Of a DNA stretch of 64,000 nucleotides, positions 9,374-19,251 are shown piece by piece; the stretch's first letter is position 1; each line of letters starts with the position of its first letter. Source of the stretch: Candidatus Micrarchaeia archaeon (GTDB lineage Archaea > Micrarchaeota > Micrarchaeia > Anstonellales > Bilamarchaeaceae); contig JBAZMS010000001.1 of the NCBI GenBank assembly GCA_041649555.1, forward strand, positions 11,122 to 75,121. The letters are read 5' to 3'. The notes beneath the pieces are model-generated. The model made no database searches. It saw only the letters and a list, made by a program, of their open reading frames with translations, and was not told the origin of the DNA. The position numbers and the translations under genes are program-made.

Positions 9374-10807
9374 TTAATCCTCCAAGACCAAATCAACGAC
9401 CCCTTTTTTTGCCCTCCTCATTTTTACAAGTGAAAAAATACTTATTATTTCTTTTTCAGGAACGCCAAGCTGCCTTAAAAACGAGATCACTGATGATGTT
9501 GAATATCCGAATTTTTCAAGCAGAAACACCAGTTTTTCAGCATTTAGTATTCCATCGCTTTTTTCAAATTCAGACCGTATTAATGAAATCTGGCTTTCAT
9601 CAAGACCCTGCTCTAGAAGCATTCTCAAAAATTGGTCTTTTTCCATTTCAACTTCCATTTTTCCACCTGTTTTAATTTTATATAAAGATAATGGTTCTTC
9701 CCCCTCAATCTTTTTTAATAGAAATGTTGAGCTTTTTGCCTGTCTTTGTGAAAAAATCATGTTTATTGCGCAATCACCAACACCAAATCTTGAAATTTCA
9801 GAATCTATAAAATCAGAATAACCGACTGATTTTTGGATATAGTCCTTATATTCTTTTAGAACAAGGCGAAAGATAAACAGGCTGCCGACATTGCTAAATA
9901 TGGTCTTATGCATGTCTGTTGGATTTTGGGATGCAACAACCAGAGCAAAGTTATATTTCCTTCCTTCGCGCACGATATCAATTACATCGCTTTTTTCATC
10001 TGATGCTATTTTCCATGCCTCATCCAATACGACAAAAAGTCGTATGCCCTTTTTACTGTCATATCTTTCAGATCTCATAAGTTCCTTGATATATTGCAGA
10101 AGCGTCAGGCCTGCAAGGCTCCGGATTTCTTCATTCGGAAGATTGTGAAGGTCTATTGAAACAAGCCCTGATTTGGAAAGTTTTTTTATATCCGGGGAAT
10201 TTTTTGCAGAAAAAAAATCCATGCCCTCATAAGTAAATCTTTTTATTATTCTTAATGCTTTTGAATTTTTTCTATGGAGAACCTTTAAAACATCCTCAAA
10301 ACAGGGTTTTTTGGATTTTCTAAAAACAATTTCAAGCGCGTTTTCAATTTCCTCCCGCTCCTCGGGAAAATTTTTTAAGTTTGCAAGAACATCGATTGCA
10401 GACAAAACCTGTTTTATGCGCGTTGTTTTATTGCTGTATGACAAATCAAAAAGATTTAATTTCTCTTTTGAAAGATCTATAACTTTTCCTCCGGCCTGCC
10501 TGACCCAGTTTCCATATTCGCCAACCCAGTCAAGTATTATTGCATTTGAATTCCATACCAGAGAAGAACGGGTCAAAAAACTTTTTACAAAATAACTTTT
10601 TCCGCTTCCGCTAATCCCGATTACTGCAATGTGGGGATTTATCAGCTTGGAATAATCCCAGTATGTTGGAACCCCTGCATATTTTGTTCGGCCAAGATAA
10701 ATTCCATTCACAGGAGAAGAGATGAGAAATTCCTTTCGTGGTTCTGGGGGATGAATCAAAATCATCCGCGATGCAATATCTGATGAAAACATTTTTGTAA
10801 TTTTCAA
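9374..10807 (-). CDS. HerA/VirB4/CedB-like ATPase
   Basis: NPHIAVIGISGSGKS (Walker A), VLDEAW (Walker B), REGRKY, VASQ. Confidence 0.88.
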   Translation of the reverse strand: MKITKMFSSDIASRMILIHPPEPRKEFLISSPVNGIYLGRTKYAGVPTYWDYSKLINPHIAVIGISGSGKSYFVKSFLTRSSLVWNSNAIILDWVGEYGNWVRQAGGKVIDLSKEKLNLFDLSYSNKTTRIKQVLSAIDVLANLKNFPEEREEIENALEIVFRKSKKPCFEDVLKVLHRKNSKALRIIKRFTYEGMDFFSAKNSPDIKKLSKSGLVSIDLHNLPNEEIRSLAGLTLLQYIKELMRSERYDSKKGIRLFVVLDEAWKIASDEKSDVIDIVREGRKYNFALVVASQNPTDMHKTIFSNVGSLFIFRLVLKEYKDYIQKSVGYSDFIDSEISRFGVGDCAINMIFSQRQAKSSTFLLKKIEGEEPLSLYKIKTGGKMEVEMEKDQFLRMLLEQGLDESQISLIRSEFEKSDGILNAEKLVFLLEKFGYSTSSVISFLRQLGVPEKEIISIFSLVKMRRAKKGVVDLVLED

Positions 10808-10818
10808 AAATTCACACT

Positions 10819-11601
10819 CTAAAAAATTTCATCTTTTAAATCCTCGCCTGAGGCAGGGATAAACTTGTCCCATTCAAAACAGCGCAGCATGTCAAGATCA
10901 GAAAGTTCAACAACCGAGCATCCAAGCGTGCTTGAAAGAATTGTCACTATTTCTTTTGACTGCCTTTTTACCCTGGTTAGCGCATCGTCTTTTGTTATTC
11001 CAAATGCTGTCGTTGTTGCGTATGCAACAACCTCAACTGCGCGCTCCCCTTTTGAAAGGCGGTCTAAATCCTTGTTATACATTGAAATCTTCCGGTCAAT
11101 TTTAGCAGACTCATTTGTTTTTGAAGAGGAAACCTGAGATTTTTTTGATTCTGCAACAGATCTCAGGGTTTTTATATCGTCAATGTGTTTTGACAGATCT
11201 ATTGAAGAGATAAGGAGGGAAATTTTTACAACATTTCTAAGAGAGATTATTGCTTTTTCAAATGCATCAAACATTATTTTGGTCCCTTCTTTCCCCCTTT
11301 CAAGACTGCTTTCATAAAATTTTATTTCAAGAAATTTTGAAGCGTAATATCCTTTTTCGGTTTTTTTGAGTATATAATCCCTGGCAGGAGAAACCTCATA
11401 CTCCCCTCTCTTTTCAGAGAAGTTTGCATGATTTGTTACTAGTGAAAAGATAAGGTGGCCATATTTCCATAAAAGTAAAGTCAGCAGAAAAAATATTGAA
11501 GTTATTACAACAAAAAGAGCGCTTGTATAAATTATTGAAAGCAAAACTGAAATTAGAGAGCCGCAAATGCAAAATAAAACTATGATTCTGTTATTTATCA
11601 A
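10819..11601 (-). CDS. Two-TM membrane protein with cytoplasmic domain (possible VirB4 N-terminal-like partner)
   Basis: Two N-terminal hydrophobic helices and a coiled coil; lies between the polytopic protein and the ATPase. Confidence 0.55.
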   Translation of the reverse strand: MINNRIIVLFCICGSLISVLLSIIYTSALFVVITSIFFLLTLLLWKYGHLIFSLVTNHANFSEKRGEYEVSPARDYILKKTEKGYYASKFLEIKFYESSLERGKEGTKIMFDAFEKAIISLRNVVKISLLISSIDLSKHIDDIKTLRSVAESKKSQVSSSKTNESAKIDRKISMYNKDLDRLSKGERAVEVVAYATTTAFGITKDDALTRVKRQSKEIVTILSSTLGCSVVELSDLDMLRCFEWDKFIPASGEDLKDEIF

Positions 11602-12540
11602 TCAAACAACCCCCAATGAAAAAGAAATCGGACCTGATAGGATATCCCCGAATCCCTTTATAAAGATAATTGTAATTATGAATGAGAATAATGGGGCAAA
11701 AACACAACTCAGCATTGTTTTTGAAAGGGCAAGGGATGTTTTTGAATGGGCAATCGTCAAATCCCCGGTAAAATCATTCTGGCTTAATTGATCTATTTTT
11801 TGGGCAATGACATAATTATCATTCATATCAACAATTGGAGGAACTATGTAATTTGAATTGTTTGTTATTAGAATTATGGCTTCTGTTGCATTCAAAAGTT
11901 CGGGTTCTGGGGTTGGGAATGCCATAATAAATGCAGGATAAAAAAGGTACAATCCTATTGATAATGCAATGAGAAACCCCCCTATTTTCCGCGTTGCAAA
12001 AAAAGACCTCAGCACAAGGCCTAGTGGAAGGAAAAGAAAAAGGGCGTTTTGTTCAAAAAAATTCAAAAGCATTAAATTAAAATCAAGGAATATTAAAAGA
12101 ATATTTGAAAAGATGAGATTTGCCGAAAAGAGGTTTGAAACAAGGGATAGATTCTGCAGTGGCTGGATTTCCAGTATATTAAAATTTAACACGATGGACT
12201 GATAATTCCCAATAAGAAGGGATAATTTTATTATTTCGCCAGAGAGGGCATTAAGCGAACCTGAAGCTGCCTGAAAAGAGCATGAAACTGCAGAAATCAT
12301 GGATTCTGCAGAACAGGATGAAAGAGTCATTTCTTTTGATATGGTTTGCGCAACCTCGATTATTACAAAAATTCCTCCGACAAGGGCGGCATTTATAATT
12401 GATTGGATTAATTCTTCAACTCCAAAAAGTTCAATTCTTTTTATTGAGATTGCCCTTCCAAGGCCAAGAATGATTCCTGATAAAATTATTGAGATTGTAA
12501 CTACCAGGACAGCGATATTTATTCCAACTATTTCAGTCAT
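11602..12540 (-). CDS. Polytopic membrane protein, CedA/VirB6-like
   Basis: About 6 TMs; LPLGLVLRSF..TRKIGGFLIALSIGLYLFYP; in an operon with the ATPase. Confidence 0.6.
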   Translation of the reverse strand: MTEIVGINIAVLVVTISIILSGIILGLGRAISIKRIELFGVEELIQSIINAALVGGIFVIIEVAQTISKEMTLSSCSAESMISAVSCSFQAASGSLNALSGEIIKLSLLIGNYQSIVLNFNILEIQPLQNLSLVSNLFSANLIFSNILLIFLDFNLMLLNFFEQNALFLFLPLGLVLRSFFATRKIGGFLIALSIGLYLFYPAFIMAFPTPEPELLNATEAIILITNNSNYIVPPIVDMNDNYVIAQKIDQLSQNDFTGDLTIAHSKTSLALSKTMLSCVFAPLFSFIITIIFIKGFGDILSGPISFSLGVV

Positions 12541-12542
12541 TT

Positions 12543-12659
12543 TTATCCATCACATCCTGCCCAACCGCAGATATGACAGACAACACACCCTTCCTGAAAA
12601 GAAAGATTAGAATTGCACGCTGGACAGATACCTTTATTTATCATTTCTTTTTCGGTCAT
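12543..12659 (-). CDS. 38-aa zinc-ribbon microprotein (not in the ORF track)
   Basis: Hand translation MTEKEMINKGICPACNSNLSFQEGCVVCHICGWAGCDG*; ends 2 nt before the next start. Confidence 0.75.
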   Translation of the reverse strand: MTEKEMINKGICPACNSNLSFQEGCVVCHICGWAGCDG

Positions 12660-12728
12660 GATATTCGCCTTATAAAGCTATTGTGTAAAATCTTTTTAAA
12701 CTTAACTAAAAAAAATAAAAAAATTGGC

Positions 12729-13421
12729 CTACTCGGCGCCTGTGCACATCCAATTTATTTCAGCTTCCATTGTATCAACAGTTACTACACATGCAGGATT
12801 ACAGCCGGGTTTTTGGATATCTAATTTAATCCACCATGTTCCGGTGATTTGGTTGCAGTAGTAATCGCCAGTATAATTTCCTTCCGTGGTGCATATCTCT
12901 TTTCCTATTTCCATTGCTTCTCCAATTGCCATAGTAAAATTAGTTCCGTTTTTTATACAGGTATCTAAATCAAATACCGGGCAGTTGATTTCCTCTTCGA
13001 TGCAATTATTTCCAAGCAAAAGAGTTTTGCATTCCTCACTCATTGAATCAGGACCTACGACAGGGCATTGGGCAATTATTTTTCCATTTTCATAGAAAGT
13101 AGATCCGCCTCCGATAAGAGAGCTTACCACCCGTATATACGGGCCGCAGACATATACTGCTGCAACATTTTCATTTCCACAAAAGGATTCGGCCTCTTTT
13201 TTAATATCTATTGGAGGGGTGCAGTTTTCTTCCCATGGTCTTATACATTTCTGCAATGGTTCGCACCAGCTATAGCCTGCAGAACCTATACATCTGTGTT
13301 CGTCTTTATCAGAACCAACCAAAGAAGTGTTTTTATCCGATTCATTTCCTGTTTCAAGGCATCCAAAAAAAAGTATTGCCCCAAGAAACAAAACCATTAG
13401 AAGTATTCTTTCTTTTTTCAT
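12729..13421 (-). CDS. Cysteine-rich lipoprotein
   Basis: LFFGC lipobox-like signal; GSDKDEHRCIGSAGYSWC module; many Cys. Confidence 0.7.
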   Translation of the reverse strand: MKKERILLMVLFLGAILFFGCLETGNESDKNTSLVGSDKDEHRCIGSAGYSWCEPLQKCIRPWEENCTPPIDIKKEAESFCGNENVAAVYVCGPYIRVVSSLIGGGSTFYENGKIIAQCPVVGPDSMSEECKTLLLGNNCIEEEINCPVFDLDTCIKNGTNFTMAIGEAMEIGKEICTTEGNYTGDYYCNQITGTWWIKLDIQKPGCNPACVVTVDTMEAEINWMCTGAE

Positions 13422-13460
13422 ATTCCTTTCTAGAGGTTTAGATTTTAAAAAGATTATCTT

Positions 13461-13862
13461 TTATTTTACGATCCGAAACTTGAAACCATAATGAATTAAA
13501 CCTTCTGGGTCGTCTTTTTGTATCATACGAAAAACAGATTCAACATTCGCTCCTTCGCTTATATCATTTTCCTGGCAATCAACAATTTGTCCAAGTATTC
13601 TTGCACCTTCAGCTAAATCAATTAAAGCTAAAAAATAGGGTGCCTGGGTCTCAAATCCATCTGGAGGAACATGAATTCGGGTGTATGAGTATATTTTTCC
13701 TTTTCCCGAATATCTTTTTGGGGAGAGTTTTCCTTTTCTTCGGCATTTGGGGCAGACTGCCCGTGGAGGAAAAAAAGAAGATTTACAACTTAGACATTCA
13801 TTGCCTTCAAGCCGATATCTTTCAGGTATTCTTCTCCATGTAAGAGATATTGATGATTTCAT
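13461..13862 (-). CDS. DUF35 Zn-ribbon/OB-fold thiolase partner
   Basis: CxxC...FPPRAVCPKC, GKIYSYT; follows the thiolase. Confidence 0.9.
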   Translation of the reverse strand: MKSSISLTWRRIPERYRLEGNECLSCKSSFFPPRAVCPKCRRKGKLSPKRYSGKGKIYSYTRIHVPPDGFETQAPYFLALIDLAEGARILGQIVDCQENDISEGANVESVFRMIQKDDPEGLIHYGFKFRIVK

Positions 13863-13869
13863 AATTTTA

Positions 13870-15030
13870 TCAGTCCCTTTTAACTATATGAACTACTGTT
13901 GTGGCTCCTGAGCCTCCGACATTGTGGGCAAGCCCTGTGCTTGCATCTTTTACCTGTCTTTCCCCTGCTTCGTTTCTTAGCTGCCATGATAATTCAACTA
14001 ATTGTTTTATTCCTGTGGCTCCAACCGGGTGACCGCAGGATTTTAAGCCTCCTGAAGTATTTATTGGGATTTCTCCATTTAAGGCTGTTTTTCCTTCAAA
14101 AGATGCAATTCCTCCTTCTCCTTTTTTGAAAAATCCAAGATCTTCAATTGCCATTATTTCTGCTATTGTAAAACAATCATGGACTTCTGCAAGGTTAATA
14201 TCTTTTGGAGTTATTTTTGCCTTCTTATATGCCTGTTGTGAGGCTATTTGAGCTGACTTCACTCCAGTAAGCGTCTCTCTTGAATTAAGCGCGATGGTAT
14301 CGCTTGCCTGAGTTGATGCTAAAACTTTTACTGGTTTTTTTGTATAGCTGTATGCCTCCTCCATTGGAGCCAATACCAATGCTGCAGCCCCATCTGAAAT
14401 TGGGGAGCAGTCTAAAATTTTTAGTGGATCTGCTACCATTTTTGATTTTAAAACATCATCAATAGTTATTTTTTTTCTAAACTGGGCGTATGGATTTTTA
14501 AAGCCGTTTTCATGGTTTTTTACTGCCACGCTTGCAAGCATCTCCTCTGTAGTGCCATAATCAATCATATGTCTTTTTGCCATTAGCGCATAAAGCGCTG
14601 GAAATGTCGCCCCAAAAAATAATTCCCATTCCTGATCCCCTGCTCCTCCAAGCGCAGTAGTGACTCCTGTTGTCCCAAGATCAGTCATTTTTTCAACGCC
14701 GCCAACAACAACAAGATTATACTCTCCTGAACCTACTGCCATAATTCCCTGACGCAAGGCAAGCGAACCTGATGCGCAGGCACCCTCTACTCTTGTAATT
14801 GGAATTGGGGTCAATCCCATAAAATCAGCAATCAGTGCACCTATGTGTTCTTGTCCTATTAATTTTCCAGAGGCCATTGTTCCGACAAAACCTGCATCGA
14901 TTTTATCTCCATGAACATTTCCATCTTCTAATGCTTTTATTCCTGCCTCTACTACCAATTCCCTAAACCCTTTGTCCCAATGCTCGCCAAACTTAGTCAT
15001 TCCAACTCCGATTATTGCAACATCCCGCAT
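13870..15030 (-). CDS. Archaeal acetyl-CoA C-acetyltransferase (thiolase)
   Basis: EGACASG, EVHDCF, GHPVGATG, HNVGG. Confidence 0.93.
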   Translation of the reverse strand: MRDVAIIGVGMTKFGEHWDKGFRELVVEAGIKALEDGNVHGDKIDAGFVGTMASGKLIGQEHIGALIADFMGLTPIPITRVEGACASGSLALRQGIMAVGSGEYNLVVVGGVEKMTDLGTTGVTTALGGAGDQEWELFFGATFPALYALMAKRHMIDYGTTEEMLASVAVKNHENGFKNPYAQFRKKITIDDVLKSKMVADPLKILDCSPISDGAAALVLAPMEEAYSYTKKPVKVLASTQASDTIALNSRETLTGVKSAQIASQQAYKKAKITPKDINLAEVHDCFTIAEIMAIEDLGFFKKGEGGIASFEGKTALNGEIPINTSGGLKSCGHPVGATGIKQLVELSWQLRNEAGERQVKDASTGLAHNVGGSGATTVVHIVKRD

Positions 15031-15198
15031 AAGTGCACCTAACTTAAGAAATATTTATAATAATAAGGTAAATAATTTGATTTATAAATATAGCGTATTT
15101 TTATTCGTCTTTTGGCGAATTGTATGATGGAGGTATAATTTGGGACCTGCCTGAAATAAAAAATAAATATATAAACTTATCCTATATTAAATAAGATT

Positions 15199-16242
15199 AT
15201 GACTTCTAAAGATACTAAGAATAAACAGGAAAATGATGACTCCAAAAAGGAGAATTGCTGTCCTTTGATGGATAACCCAAAAAACTCGGTTTTGGTTGTA
15301 GGCATTATTGCACTTGTTGTGGGTTTTGCACTTGGGTATTTTGTATATGGATACTTGACTCCTTCAGAAATAATTGTAAAGGAAATTTTTGAACCAAACC
15401 AAACAGAGGTTGCAAAAATTAAAACATTAATGGAAAAAATAGCATACATAAATATAGGAGAGCAGCAAACACTTGCAGTAAAGAATGTAACCCTTGAAGA
15501 GGTTATAAGAATTTCTTTTGATCTGGCAGGTCAGCAGACCGCAATATATGTAAGCAAAGATTATATGAATATCCTTGGATTTGAGCAGGTTGAAAGTATT
15601 GAAAATTTAAATGAACAGGTAAATGAAGTTCTCGCCCTAATGGATGGGGAACCTGAATTTGAAGAAGGTGCCCAGCAAACTGAGACTCCAAAAGTAGAAT
15701 TATATGTTATGAGTTACTGCCCGTATGGAAACCAGGCAGAGAACGGTATAAAAGATGCAGTCCTGCTTCTTGCAGAAAAAATCGATTTTGAACCAGTATA
15801 TATAATTGGAGCGAGTGGGGACAATTTTAATTCATTGCATGGGCAAACTGAGCTAAATCAGGATATACGGGAAAAAATAATATATAATTTATATGGTGAA
15901 ACAGGGTGGGTTGAATATGTCTACAAGGTAAATGCAGACTGTTCCCTAAATGATATAGAAACATGTTGGAAAGACCCGGCAACTGCACTTGGTTTTGATG
16001 TTGAAAAAATAGAAACAGAATACAATGAGAAATATATCGAGATCGCACGGGCAGAGGCATTAAAAACTTCCCAAAATGGAGTGAGTGGTTCTCCAACTCT
16101 TCTTATAAATGGAAAAAAATATAGTGGGGGAAGAGATGCAGAAAGCTACAAAAATGAAATCTGCGCATACTTTACAGCACAGCCCGATGAATGTAATAAA
16201 ACATTAGATTCAGCAGGCTCTGCTTCAACTGGAAATTGTTAA
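15199..16242 (+). CDS. Membrane-anchored thioredoxin/DsbA-fold protein
   Basis: N-terminal TM, MSYCPYG, GVSGSPTLLING. Confidence 0.75.
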   Translation: MTSKDTKNKQENDDSKKENCCPLMDNPKNSVLVVGIIALVVGFALGYFVYGYLTPSEIIVKEIFEPNQTEVAKIKTLMEKIAYINIGEQQTLAVKNVTLEEVIRISFDLAGQQTAIYVSKDYMNILGFEQVESIENLNEQVNEVLALMDGEPEFEEGAQQTETPKVELYVMSYCPYGNQAENGIKDAVLLLAEKIDFEPVYIIGASGDNFNSLHGQTELNQDIREKIIYNLYGETGWVEYVYKVNADCSLNDIETCWKDPATALGFDVEKIETEYNEKYIEIARAEALKTSQNGVSGSPTLLINGKKYSGGRDAESYKNEICAYFTAQPDECNKTLDSAGSASTGNC

Positions 16243-16280
16243 ACATCTATTTTTATTTTTTCTTTTTCAATATTCTTTTT

Positions 16281-17684
16281 ATGAAAAAGCTAAAGGAAGA
16301 GTGCGGAGTTGCAGCAATAATATTAAAAACAGGGCAAAATATCTCCTATTTGATTTATGAATCGTTGTTAGCCCTGCAACACCGGGGGCAGGATGCTTCT
16401 GGATTTGTTGTTTATGATAATGGAAAATTAGAAAGAAGAATCGGGCTTGGCCTTGTTAGTGAAGCATTTAATGGAGAAGATTTAAAATTTAATGGAACCA
16501 TTGCTATCGGGCACACAAGATATCCAACAACAGGAAGATGCAAATTAGAGGATGTGCAGCCTGTTTTTCATAATAAGATGGCCCTTGCACATAATGGGCA
16601 CATTTCAAATTATAGTGATTTAAAAAAAGAATTGGAAGAAAAAGGATATACATTCAAGGGAACTGTTGATAGCGAGCCCCTTTTATATATCTTAGATTAT
16701 GAATTAAAAAATAAAAAAACAATTGAAGGCGCAATTGAAACTTTGATGAAAAAAGTTATTGGTTCTTATTCTGTTGTTTGGATATTGGAAGATAAATTAG
16801 TGGTATTCCGAGACCCGCATGCGATACGGCCATTAGTCTATGGAAAATCAGAATTGGGGTATGCTTTTGCATCAGAATCAGCTGCATTGGATATAAATGG
16901 GTTTGAATATGTTGGATCAGTTGCAGGTGGCGAATTAATAATTATACAAAATAATGAAATGAGTAGAAAAATAATTCTCCAAAAAGAAAAAAGAAACTGC
17001 ATGTTTGAATATGTCTATTTTTCACGGACAGATTCGATAATTAATGATAAATTGGTAAATGATGTCCGAAAAAAACTCGGGGAAATTATTGCAGATGAGC
17101 ACCCTGTAAATGCAGATGTTGTAGTGCCTGTTCCAGATACCTCAAGAACTGCTGCGCTGGCATTTTCATATAAAACTGGAATCCCTTATGAAGAAGGCCT
17201 TATAAAAAATAGGTATGTTGGAAGAACATTTATAATGAATTCGCAGGAGAAAAGACGGGAAACAGTAAAAAGAAAGCTAAATCCGATAAAAAAAGTAATT
17301 GAAGGAAAACGAGTTGTTCTTTTTGATGATAGTATTGTTAGGGGAACTACTATGAAAGAGATTGTAAGAATGGTTAGGGGCGCTGGCGCATGTGAAGTTC
17401 ATTTGAGAATTACCTGCCCTCCTGTAAGAGCGCCTTGTTTTTATGGTGTTGATATGCCTTCGTATAAGGAATTAATTGGAAGCAAAAAATCAATAAAGCA
17501 AATAGAGGAATATTTAAATGTGGAAAGCCTGGGCTATATAAGCATGGATGGGCTTTTGAATGCGATTGGAAGTGGGTGCTGTGCGGGTTGTTTAAATGAA
17601 GAGTACTTTTCAGATTATGTTTTAAATCTTGCAAAAAAAGTTAAAGAGAATGAGGGTATTTTGGATGGCTGTAATAAATGTTAG
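16281..17684 (+). CDS. purF: Amidophosphoribosyltransferase
   Basis: EECG, LQHRGQD, HNG, DDSIVRGTT, Fe-S cysteines. Confidence 0.95.
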   Translation: MKKLKEECGVAAIILKTGQNISYLIYESLLALQHRGQDASGFVVYDNGKLERRIGLGLVSEAFNGEDLKFNGTIAIGHTRYPTTGRCKLEDVQPVFHNKMALAHNGHISNYSDLKKELEEKGYTFKGTVDSEPLLYILDYELKNKKTIEGAIETLMKKVIGSYSVVWILEDKLVVFRDPHAIRPLVYGKSELGYAFASESAALDINGFEYVGSVAGGELIIIQNNEMSRKIILQKEKRNCMFEYVYFSRTDSIINDKLVNDVRKKLGEIIADEHPVNADVVVPVPDTSRTAALAFSYKTGIPYEEGLIKNRYVGRTFIMNSQEKRRETVKRKLNPIKKVIEGKRVVLFDDSIVRGTTMKEIVRMVRGAGACEVHLRITCPPVRAPCFYGVDMPSYKELIGSKKSIKQIEEYLNVESLGYISMDGLLNAIGSGCCAGCLNEEYFSDYVLNLAKKVKENEGILDGCNKC

Positions 17685-19221
17685 TATTTCATATTTGGAG
17701 GAAAAAACAGGTATAAAAAAAGAGGAGATGTGCCGGGTCTTAGGAGAGCTTGGATTTCCAAATGAATTTGATGAAAAAACATTCTCTGTTGAGGTTACGC
17801 CTAATAGGCCGGATTGCTATCTTGTTGGGGGAATTATAAGGGTATTGAATTCATATTTGGGAAAAAATAAAGATAAATATGTATGTGAAAAATCAGAGTA
17901 TGTTATAAAAACAGAGAAAAACATTAAAAAAATAAGGCCGCACATAAGCGCGTGTGTTGTGAAAAATATTAAATTAACTGAAGAAGAAATTCAAATGTTT
18001 ATAGATGCCCAAGAAAAAATGCATGACACCTTTGGAAGAAAAAGAAAAAAACTTGCAATTGGAGTCCATAATTTGGATGTTGTTGGATTCCCGTTAATAT
18101 ATGGGTGCGTGAAAGAATTTCAGTTTGTTCCTTTGGATTTTAAAGAAAAAATGCCTATTGGACAGATACTTTTAAAACATCCAAAAGGACTAGAGTATGG
18201 CCATTTGGTTTTGAAGGGAAAATATCCTTTGATTTATGAAGAAATTGAAAATAAGGTGGTTTCTTTTCCTCCAATTATCAATGAGGAAAGAACTAAATTA
18301 AAAGAAGGGGTAAAAAATATTTTTATAGAGGTCACTGGAACACACAAGGAAAGTGTTGAAAGCGCTGTAAATATTATTTGTTGTTCTATGAAAGATTTGG
18401 GTGGGGAGATTTATAGTGTAAAAATAGATAATAACACTCATCCAAAACTAGAATATAGAAAAGAAAAAATAAAAAGAAATAAAATCAATAGAATTTTAGG
18501 CAAGAAATTAACTGAAAAACAAATAAAAGAATCTTTGGAAAAAATGGGATATATTATAAAAAATGATGAAATATTAATGCCTCCTTTTAGGGCAGATATA
18601 ATTAGTTATATTGATATTATAGAGGATGTTGCAATTGGTTTTGGGTATAATAACTTTGCCCCTAGGGTTCCTGATTTTTATAGTGGAGGAAAATATGGAT
18701 TGGAGAGTATTAGAAGGGAAAAATTGTGTGAAATTATGAGTGGGTTGGGATTTATAGAGGTAGTTAATCCTATTTTGGTCGAATCTGGAGAGGCTGATGT
18801 GGCAATTAAAATAACAAATCCTTGTACTTGTGATGTTGGATTTATAAGAAATAATATTTTCAATTCGATTTTAAAAAACCTAACAGAGAATAAAATGAAG
18901 GGGATACCCCAAAAGATATATGAGGTGGGGATTGTATATTCTGGGGGGCAGCAGAAAAAAAAGATTTCTTTTGCAGTTATGGATAAAGAGATTGATTTTA
19001 ATGATATAAAGAGTGTGGTGCAGTCGATTCTTTTTGAAATGAATTTGGAGAAGGAGATTAGATTTGAAAATAAAATAGATAGTAATAGGTACAAAAGCAA
19101 CCGGGCGGCTAGTATAATTAATAACGGAGATAGAATTGGAGAGTTTGGAGAAATTTCCAAAAAAATATTATCAGGACTTGGAATTGAGTTTTCAGTTGGA
19201 TTTTTTGAAATGGAGATTTGA
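17665..19221 (+). CDS. pheT: Phenylalanine-tRNA ligase beta subunit (archaeal type)
   Basis: EVTPNRPD, GRKRKKLAIGVH, SFPPIIN, PPFRADI, EDVAIGFGYNN. Confidence 0.9.
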   Translation: MAVINVSISYLEEKTGIKKEEMCRVLGELGFPNEFDEKTFSVEVTPNRPDCYLVGGIIRVLNSYLGKNKDKYVCEKSEYVIKTEKNIKKIRPHISACVVKNIKLTEEEIQMFIDAQEKMHDTFGRKRKKLAIGVHNLDVVGFPLIYGCVKEFQFVPLDFKEKMPIGQILLKHPKGLEYGHLVLKGKYPLIYEEIENKVVSFPPIINEERTKLKEGVKNIFIEVTGTHKESVESAVNIICCSMKDLGGEIYSVKIDNNTHPKLEYRKEKIKRNKINRILGKKLTEKQIKESLEKMGYIIKNDEILMPPFRADIISYIDIIEDVAIGFGYNNFAPRVPDFYSGGKYGLESIRREKLCEIMSGLGFIEVVNPILVESGEADVAIKITNPCTCDVGFIRNNIFNSILKNLTENKMKGIPQKIYEVGIVYSGGQQKKKISFAVMDKEIDFNDIKSVVQSILFEMNLEKEIRFENKIDSNRYKSNRAASIINNGDRIGEFGEISKKILSGLGIEFSVGFFEMEI

Positions 19222-19251
19222 GTATTCTACTGAGCCCCCATTCTTCCATAA

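Noticed and set aside
15103..15120. Small hairpin ATTCGTC-TTTT-GGCGAAT in a divergent intergenic region
   Set aside because: Short, contains a G-T pair, and has no other support
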